Shown here piece after piece: positions 57,396 to 64,000 of a stretch of DNA of 64,000 bases. Below the pieces are notes generated by a model, which saw only the letters and a list, made by a program, of their open reading frames with translations, was not told the DNA's origin and ran no database searches. The DNA is taken from the NCBI GenBank assembly GCA_002433895.1, contig DJJA01000003.1:107185-171184 (forward strand), read 5' to 3'. This stretch comes from Candidatus Gottesmanbacteria bacterium UBA6580 (GTDB lineage Bacteria > Patescibacteriota > Microgenomatia > UBA10105 > UBA927). The stretch's first letter is position 1. Every line of letters begins with the position of its first letter. The translations under genes and the position numbers were made by a program.

Positions 57396-58484
57396 ATGCA
57401 AAAACCGAAATCCGCGGGAACCGCTCCCAATCTTATTAAACAAGGCAAATCAAACGGATTTGTCACGCAGGACGACATTCTGGCACTTTTCCCCAAACCT
57501 GAAGATAAAATTACCGAACTAGACCATCTCTATGACCAGCTTATCCGCGCAGGGGTTGATGTGTTTGAAACCACGAGCGCCGATATTGAACAGGAAGCAA
57601 GAAAAAGTATTGCCGATTTGGAAAAAGAAATAGAGGCGTTAGTGCGGGCAAGTGATGAGGGTATTTCTGATCCCGTGAGGATGTATCTAAAAGAAATCGG
57701 GCGTATTCCCCTCCTTACATTTGCTGACGAGATGAGCCTTGCGAAGCGCTACGAAAAAGGTGACCGGCGGGCAAAAAAGAAACTCATCGAAAGTAATTTG
57801 CGGCTCGTCGTTTCCATCGCGAAAAAATATATCGGTCGCGGTATGAGCTTATTGGATTTGATACAGGAAGGTAATCAGGGGTTAATTAGGGCTGTTGAGA
57901 AATACGATTGGCGCAAGGGATTTAAGTTTTCGACATACGCCACGTGGTGGATCCGGCAGGCGATCACCCGGGCTATTGCCGATCAGGCGAGGACGATCCG
58001 TATTCCGGTGCATATGGTTGAGACAATCAACCGGTTTGCGCGCATAAGCCGCAGGCTCATGCAGGATTTGGGCCGTGAGCCCACACCCGAAGAAATCGCA
58101 AAGGCAATGGAAGTAGATGTGGTGAAAGTCCGCGAGATCATGAAAGTTTCACAAGAACCCACCAGTCTGGAAACCCCAGTGGGTGATGAAGAAGATTCTC
58201 ATTTAGGAGACTTTATATCAGATCCCGGCCCGACGCCGTATGATCAGACATCCCGCCAGTTGCTGAAAGAACACATGGAAGAGGTGCTGGCCACGCTGTC
58301 GGACCGCGAAAAGAAAGTATTAATTCTCCGGTTTGGATTGGAAGACGGTCGACCCCGCACCCTCGAAGAAGTCGGCGCGCAGTTTGGAGTCACCCGTGAG
58401 CGCATCCGGCAGATCGAGGCCAAAGCCTTACGGAAATTGCGTCATCCATCGCGCAGCAAAAAACTCAAAGATTACCTCGAGTAA
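57396..58484 (+). CDS. rpoD: Primary sigma factor sigma70
   Basis: [51 protein letters not shown]. Confidence 0.98.
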   Translation: MQKPKSAGTAPNLIKQGKSNGFVTQDDILALFPKPEDKITELDHLYDQLIRAGVDVFETTSADIEQEARKSIADLEKEIEALVRASDEGISDPVRMYLKEIGRIPLLTFADEMSLAKRYEKGDRRAKKKLIESNLRLVVSIAKKYIGRGMSLLDLIQEGNQGLIRAVEKYDWRKGFKFSTYATWWIRQAITRAIADQARTIRIPVHMVETINRFARISRRLMQDLGREPTPEEIAKAMEVDVVKVREIMKVSQEPTSLETPVGDEEDSHLGDFISDPGPTPYDQTSRQLLKEHMEEVLATLSDREKKVLILRFGLEDGRPRTLEEVGAQFGVTRERIRQIEAKALRKLRHPSRSKKLKDYLE

Positions 58485-58514
58485 CACAGCAGAGATATTT
58501 TCCCGGAGAATAAG

Positions 58515-60350
58515 TTATATTGTGGATGCGCCTCTGGCGGAACGGACCCGGTTCACTTTTGAAAGATGAATTTTTCTAAGCCGTAGTGAAAGGGGAGTGA
58601 TTTCCAAAAGTTCATCATCCTCGATAAAATCAAGCGCTTGCTCTAGGCTCATTTGTAGTGGGGGATCAAGTTGGATAGCAATATCTGCGTTTGCAGAGTG
58701 GATGTTGGTAAGCCGTTTGGATTTGCATACGTTGATATCGATATCTTCACTTCTGTTATTTATTCCGATAATCATACCTTCATAGACCGGCACGCCCGGA
58801 CCGATTAATGCCTTTCCCCGTTCTTGGACAGTAGTTAACGCGTAGCCGGTGGATTTCCCGCTTTCGATTGCGATAAGTACACCATTTCTTGCTTTTGCTT
58901 TTTTCGGTGTAATAGGGAAATAGCCGATGATACGGGTGGCGATAATACCGCTGCCGCGGGTTTTCGTCATGATATCTCCTCTAAACCCAAGGAGATTTCT
59001 GGTTGAAATTTTATAGACCATTTTTGTTACGCCGCGTTCGTTGGTGTGAGTGTCGAGCATTTCACCGTGACGTTTTCCCATTTCTTCGGTGATTATACCG
59101 ACGAGCGAGCCATCGAGTTCTATCGTAAGCTCTTCGTACGGCTCATGGATAACACCATCTATTTCTTTAACGATGACTTCGGGCTTGCCAACCTGGCACT
59201 CAAATCCCTCACGCCGCATTGTTTCAAGAAGGACGGCAATATGCAGCTCTCCCCGGCCGGAAACAAGGAATCCGTTACTTGTCTGGCTCGGTTCAATTTT
59301 CAGTCCGACATTTGTTTCGATTTCGCGGGTAAGTCTGTCAGCTAGTTGAGTGGGCGTGCCAAATTTTGATTCCTTACCGGCAAATGGGGAAGTGTTCGGA
59401 CCGACCAGCACTTTAAGGGTAGGTTCCTCGATTGACATTTTCGGAAATCCGGTAGGGTCTACGGGGTCAGATAATGTCTGTCCTATAGACACATCACCAT
59501 TTCCGGTAATCGCGATGATGTCACCTGTTTCGCCTACGGAAGCAGGTACCCGGTTGAGACCGACACTCGTAAACACTTCATCTACCCGGAGTGTTCCGCG
59601 TGATTCATTTTCGTCTAAGATCAGGAGGGAGTCACCTTTTTTCACTTTACCCTGGGACACCTTGCCTATGGCAAATTTTCCTTTGTGTGTATCAAAATCA
59701 AGCGTCGTGACAAGCATTTTAAATGGCTTTTCGCCGTCTCCGGCGGGCGCGGGAATATGCTTGATGATTGCTTCAAATAACGGTTCGAGTGTGGCGTGCT
59801 CCTCCGCATGCTCGGGGAATGTTGCCCACGCTTTTTCTTCGCGGCCAATGGCGTACAGCACCGGGAAATTAAGGTGGCCTTCATGGTGGGCAAGATGCAG
59901 GAACAACTCTTCAACTTCGTGAAGAACTTCCTGAGGTCTTGCGTCTTTGCGGTCAATTTTATTTATTACCACAATGACGGTCAGGTTGTGTTCCAATGCT
60001 TTTTGGAGAACAAAATGAGTTTGCGGCAACGGGCCTTCTGCAGCATCAACAATAAGGAGTGCTCCGTCAGCCATATTTATGACGCGCTCGACTTCACCTG
60101 AAAAATCGGAGTGTCCCGGGGTGTCGATAATGTTAATTTTGGTGGTTTTGTAGTGAACCGATGTATTTTTGGCAAGTATAGTAATACCCTTTTCCCGTTC
60201 CAGATCGTTACTATCGAGGATAGTGCTCGCCGTCATTTCCGCCTGGTTTTCTCTGAACGTGTGGGTTTGTTTCAGCATGCCGTCCACGAGCGTAGTTTTT
60301 CCGTGATCCACGTGGGCAATAATCGCGATATTTCGGATATCCTGTTTCAT
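58515..60350 (-). CDS. typA: Translational GTPase TypA/BipA
   Basis: [54 protein letters not shown]. Confidence 0.97.
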   Translation of the reverse strand: MKQDIRNIAIIAHVDHGKTTLVDGMLKQTHTFRENQAEMTASTILDSNDLEREKGITILAKNTSVHYKTTKINIIDTPGHSDFSGEVERVINMADGALLIVDAAEGPLPQTHFVLQKALEHNLTVIVVINKIDRKDARPQEVLHEVEELFLHLAHHEGHLNFPVLYAIGREEKAWATFPEHAEEHATLEPLFEAIIKHIPAPAGDGEKPFKMLVTTLDFDTHKGKFAIGKVSQGKVKKGDSLLILDENESRGTLRVDEVFTSVGLNRVPASVGETGDIIAITGNGDVSIGQTLSDPVDPTGFPKMSIEEPTLKVLVGPNTSPFAGKESKFGTPTQLADRLTREIETNVGLKIEPSQTSNGFLVSGRGELHIAVLLETMRREGFECQVGKPEVIVKEIDGVIHEPYEELTIELDGSLVGIITEEMGKRHGEMLDTHTNERGVTKMVYKISTRNLLGFRGDIMTKTRGSGIIATRIIGYFPITPKKAKARNGVLIAIESGKSTGYALTTVQERGKALIGPGVPVYEGMIIGINNRSEDIDINVCKSKRLTNIHSANADIAIQLDPPLQMSLEQALDFIEDDELLEITPLSLRLRKIHLSKVNRVRSARGASTI

Positions 60351-60448
60351 AAATGGAGTTCGAAAACGGGGTGACGGGCACGAACACACGAGGCATCCAC
60401 CTGAGACACGGCCATTGACGATACGCGCTAGTATACCAGAAATTGGGG

Positions 60449-61279
60449 TTAGTCCGCAACTTCGCGCGCCTGGGTTTTTTCTTTACGTACGAATACCCAC
60501 CAGCTCATAAAGGCGATATAGCTACCATAGATAGCGAGCTGTGTAATGTCCATCGTGTGGCTTATTCCGAAAATAGCTTTTATCATGTCCCCAGCGATGG
60601 TAGCTTTTGCCGGAAGAAAAGCGAGCGTTACAGTGGTTAGCTCAGGAATCACACCGGCTTCGGCAAATTCATGCACACCACGCGCAAACAAACCGGCGGC
60701 AAAGAATATAAGCAGTATGCTCGTTGTCCTGAAAGCGAGTAGGATGGGGAGCCGAATGGTAGCGGCAAATAGCCCCGCAGAAATGAATAGTCCGCCGACA
60801 AGTCCGCCGGCAAACCCAGTGAATATTTCTTGAGGATTAGCGGAGAAGAAAATAGTTGAGAGAAAAAGTACAATTTCAAAACCCTCCCGGAACACAGCGG
60901 TGAATGCGAGCCAAAATAGGCCTTTTTGTTCTTCCTGTTTTATCGTTTCACTAATTTTGACGATGAGCCGGGTTTTGTAGCCTGCAAAATATTTATGTAG
61001 GAAAAACACCGCCCAGGTGATAAATACCGCTGAAGTTACCATAAAAATACCCTCGATAAATTCTTCTATTTTTCCGGAATACAGTTCCTGAATTTTAATT
61101 CCGAAAACGCTTCCTAATCCAAGTAATCCGACACTACACACCGCAGCAAACATGGTCGCTAACCAAACGGTACGGACGCTTTTTTGCTGATTGAGCTTGA
61201 TAAGAATACCAAGTATCGTAGCAACGATAAGCGACGCCTCAATAACTTCCCGCAAAGTGATAAGAAACGCAGCAATCAT
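60449..61279 (-). CDS. FTR1/EfeU-family iron permease
   Basis: Two RExxE motifs (REVIE, REGFE), about seven TMs; SD AGAGGA. Confidence 0.9.
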   Translation of the reverse strand: MIAAFLITLREVIEASLIVATILGILIKLNQQKSVRTVWLATMFAAVCSVGLLGLGSVFGIKIQELYSGKIEEFIEGIFMVTSAVFITWAVFFLHKYFAGYKTRLIVKISETIKQEEQKGLFWLAFTAVFREGFEIVLFLSTIFFSANPQEIFTGFAGGLVGGLFISAGLFAATIRLPILLAFRTTSILLIFFAAGLFARGVHEFAEAGVIPELTTVTLAFLPAKATIAGDMIKAIFGISHTMDITQLAIYGSYIAFMSWWVFVRKEKTQAREVAD

Positions 61280-61299
61280 ATTTCCTCTCTTTTTTGCAT

Positions 61300-61330
61300 A
61301 AAAAAACGACCCCTTAGGTGCAAGGCCGTT
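61300..61330 (-). terminator. Intrinsic terminator-like hairpin in the FTR1 leader
   Basis: Minus strand AACGGCCTT-GCACCTAA-GGGGTCGTT running into a U7 tract, 20 nt before the start codon. Confidence 0.65.
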
Positions 61331-61402
61331 ATGGTTTTTGATCGAGGACGGGAGCGATCCCCGTTGTATGTGCTCCCTTTACGAGAAAAACAGTGAACTC
61401 AT

Positions 61403-61438
61403 GTAATGTACATTACTAAATAATGGTACGCGGCGCAA
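61403..61438 (-). promoter_or_regulatory. Promoter with overlapping 14-bp palindromic operator candidate
   Basis: TTGCGC-N17-TAATGT on minus strand; GTAATGTACATTAC at 61403-61416. Confidence 0.55.
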
Positions 61439-61444
61439 GTGGTT

Positions 61445-61789
61445 TTATATCTGAGTTCTGACCGTGAGGAACACGAGGCTTTCATCATCGGTATTTTTGA
61501 CGCTATGTGCATGAGAAGGGGGAACGGTGACGAAATCACCGGCGGTTACGTCAAACCAATCATTGCCGACAAGCATCTGCCCTTTTCCTTCCAGAAAGAA
61601 ATAAAACTCTTCCCCGTCAGCGTGTTCGTGTGGGGTGAGTTGCCTACCCGGTTCGAGCCACGCATAGTTCATTGTCGCTACATTGCCCTGATGGTGTCCA
61701 TGCGGCGGGACAAGGCGTTTCACTTGCGTTGTTCCCTCATGGGTGGTTTCTGTTGGGATGGTATCAATATTTTTAATAGGATGAGTCAT
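61445..61789 (-). CDS. Cupin-domain protein
   Basis: PHEHADGEEFYFFLEGKG, GDFVTVPPSHAHSVKN. Confidence 0.92.
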   Translation of the reverse strand: MTHPIKNIDTIPTETTHEGTTQVKRLVPPHGHHQGNVATMNYAWLEPGRQLTPHEHADGEEFYFFLEGKGQMLVGNDWFDVTAGDFVTVPPSHAHSVKNTDDESLVFLTVRTQI

Positions 61790-61975
61790 ATAGACTGCCG
61801 CTATCGCGTTATGCGTGAAAGCGGATATTGCCTTACCGTTATAATTATTTACGGTAATTATGTTTTGTATATATGCGCGTATTATATCCTATCCCGCCTA
61901 AGGCTATGCAGCGGTTTGGATACATATACGTATTGCTTGCTGCGGAGCGATCATATTCATAGAATGAGATAACAC

Positions 61976-63466
61976 ATGTTTAATAATTTCCTGCGATACG
62001 CTTGTTTATTTATTATTACCGCGGTTGTCGCAGGGTTCATCATTGTAGGGCAAAAAGAGCACCGTATAGAGTGTAAAAAATGTAACGTTATATTTATTTC
62101 ACTCGATCAGGTCCGTGCAAAAAGCCTGCCGTGTTTTGGATATACAAAAGATACGATGCCTAATCTTTGCCGGTTTGCGGCGAACTCAAGAATTTTTTCC
62201 CGTGCCTATGCTACCGCGGCCCGTACGATGGATAGCCATTTTTCTATGATGACCTCTCTGTATCCGAGCGCCCATACGATGAATCTACCTTACAGTAGTG
62301 TGTTGCCAAACGATATTCCGACCCTCGCGCAACTCATGAAGGAAGGGGGATACCGGACGTATTTTTTGGGACCAACCACCGATCCCCATTTACCGCTTAC
62401 CCATGGGATGGAGCGGGGATTTGACGAGATTTTTGAGGCGGATGAGCCCCGTATATGGACAGAAACGCTTGACGTGGTCGCAACATTATCCGGCCGGTTG
62501 GACAAGCCATCTTTCTTTTTTATGCACACTTATCTCGCGCACGAGCCATATATGCCGGCAAACGAACATGTGCGGTTGTTTCATGACGGACCCGACAGAA
62601 AGCGAATGACGTTTGAGGACTTATGCAGGTTTACCTACCTTAAACTGAGATCGCTGCATCCGGATGCTGTTTTCCGGTTAACCGGAGACGCTTACGCATA
62701 TTGCGAACGTCTTGATTCGTATCAGAGCGCATCCCAATCGTACGAAATATTTGATGATGGCTATACGATTTTTAACGACGAGTATTGGCGGCAATTTGAC
62801 GAGTTGCCACAAGCGGAAAAGGGTGAATACACCCACGCGTTATATGCCGCAACACTTTTTGAGCTGGATATTCAACTTGGAGAATTTTTCGAAGGCCTGA
62901 AACAGAAAGGAATGCTGGAAAATACTGTCATAGTAATTGTGGGAGATCAGGGTGATGAATTTTTTGAACATGGCGCTTACTCACACGGATGGTCATTATA
63001 TAACGAGGTATTGCGCGTTCCGTTTATTGTGTATGTCCCGGGATATCCGTCCGGCCGGTCAGACAAACTGGTCTCGCTTGTCGATGTCATGCCCACTATT
63101 TTGGGCATTACCGGGAAAAAAATACCGGCAAATATTTCAGGCTTCGATGTGTTTTCCGGGCGAACTCATCCTTTGGTTATCGCCGAGCACCTCAATGGTG
63201 GGCCATTAAGTGTACGGACAGACCGGCATAGCCTCATGGTGTACGACACCGATCTGGAAACAGAAATCGAGTTATACGATATAAATGTTGATCCTGATGA
63301 ACGAACGAATATCGCGGAGGGAAACCGGTCACTCGTGCAACGCTTACTGAAAGCGTATAAGAAATTAAAGTCAGCATTTCCTGAATATTCGCGCGCGTCG
63401 TATCCGCTACCCACCTGGATTAACGAACAGGACCGGCAAAAGCTTATTGAGAGCGGATATTTTTAG
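61976..63466 (+). CDS. Sulfatase-like alkaline-phosphatase-superfamily protein (Thr-type motif), paralog of 44314-45945
   Basis: NVIFISLDQVR, TMDSHFSMMTSLYP, FMHTYLAHEPY, GDQGDEFFEHG. Confidence 0.85.
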   Translation: MFNNFLRYACLFIITAVVAGFIIVGQKEHRIECKKCNVIFISLDQVRAKSLPCFGYTKDTMPNLCRFAANSRIFSRAYATAARTMDSHFSMMTSLYPSAHTMNLPYSSVLPNDIPTLAQLMKEGGYRTYFLGPTTDPHLPLTHGMERGFDEIFEADEPRIWTETLDVVATLSGRLDKPSFFFMHTYLAHEPYMPANEHVRLFHDGPDRKRMTFEDLCRFTYLKLRSLHPDAVFRLTGDAYAYCERLDSYQSASQSYEIFDDGYTIFNDEYWRQFDELPQAEKGEYTHALYAATLFELDIQLGEFFEGLKQKGMLENTVIVIVGDQGDEFFEHGAYSHGWSLYNEVLRVPFIVYVPGYPSGRSDKLVSLVDVMPTILGITGKKIPANISGFDVFSGRTHPLVIAEHLNGGPLSVRTDRHSLMVYDTDLETEIELYDINVDPDERTNIAEGNRSLVQRLLKAYKKLKSAFPEYSRASYPLPTWINEQDRQKLIESGYF

Positions 63467-63999
63467 CGCTGCCACGAAGGGTACTGTAGCGGGATATCGT
63501 CAGGTGATACGACAGGTGTTCCCTGAAAAAGTAATGCAGTTGCGTTTTTGATAAGTGTATTCCCCAAAATAATAAGTGATTGCGGTGATGCTGGATCGAT
63601 TGACAACGCAGTTTCGTTTTGGGTAAGCGTGTTACGGGCGATAACGGAGTTGTTATGGCGGCTAGCATGCGCAGCGGGATCTGTGTCGGCATCTCCAGCG
63701 CCGCTTTCCAGCGCAATACCCACAAGAGAGTTTGCCGCGGTGTTTGCGTAAAAGATATTATCGGTTGCAGGCATTTGGCGGGTAAATGCAAGGAACGCAG
63801 AACCCGTATTGTTTATCGACTGGTTGTGAACGACTTTTATACCGCTGGCGTTACTGATAAACACGCCCATACCAAAACCATTGCGTTTGTCCCGCGCCTC
63901 GACACAATAGGACCAGCCTTGAGTATCCCGGAGCGTATTATTTTTAATAAATGTATCTGAAAACTGCCCTCCGAATATTTTTAGTGCTGCACATCCAGA
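63463..63999 (-). CDS. Parallel beta-helix repeat protein, C-terminal part (gene starts beyond window)
   Basis: Frame open to the window edge; repeats IKNNTL, VVHNQS, FYANTA, IARNTL, ILGNTL. Confidence 0.65.
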   Translation of the reverse strand, partial: SGCAALKIFGGQFSDTFIKNNTLRDTQGWSYCVEARDKRNGFGMGVFISNASGIKVVHNQSINNTGSAFLAFTRQMPATDNIFYANTAANSLVGIALESGAGDADTDPAAHASRHNNSVIARNTLTQNETALSIDPASPQSLIILGNTLIKNATALLFQGTPVVSPDDIPLQYPSWQR

Positions 64000-64000
64000 T

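Noticed and set aside
61300-61385. yybP-ykoY manganese riboswitch call for the FTR1 leader
   Set aside because: AAAGGGAGCA only loosely resembles GGGGAGUAG, and the CAAGACC-type closing motif is absent.
61439-61972. 177-aa plus-strand ORF
   Set aside because: Antisense to the clear cupin gene and runs into AT-rich promoter DNA.
1-64000. CRISPR array, rRNA genes, IS elements
   Set aside because: No regularly spaced repeats, rRNA-like tracts or transposase ORFs seen.
1-64000. Genetic code 25 (TGA=Gly)
   Set aside because: Conserved genes such as dnaA and uppS end at TGA at their expected lengths and are not fragmented.

Overview
Chromosomal origin region of a small-genome bacterium. Gene content and protein style point to Patescibacteria/CPR, probably Microgenomates (inference); standard genetic code. 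From left to right: end of an ABC/glycosyltransferase/methyltransferase cluster; dnaA-oriC-dnaN; a relaxase-free monoderm-type T4SS-like locus (M23 peptidase, VirB4, PrgI, VirD4-like, VirB6-like, eight VirB2-like pilins); ECF sigma plus a mosaic mevalonate-uppS operon; smpB-tmRNA; comF; thiN; seven tRNA genes; surface-modification enzymes; dnaG-rpoD; typA; an FTR1 permease with a structured leader. Best leads: (1) nucleotide 1 of the tmRNA is the last base of the smpB stop codon, so tmRNA maturation could make smpB mRNA non-stop; (2) an intact extra tRNA-Ser with anticodon ACU alongside tRNA-Arg(GCG); (3) a GT-C glycosyltransferase fused to PBP2a-type non-catalytic domains; (4) pilins with ultra-short '[LF]AQ' leaders; (5) a promoter-operator-uORF-terminator leader upstream of FTR1; (6) a short palindrome found inside protein-coding genes. 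All calls come from reading motifs by eye; no searches were run.
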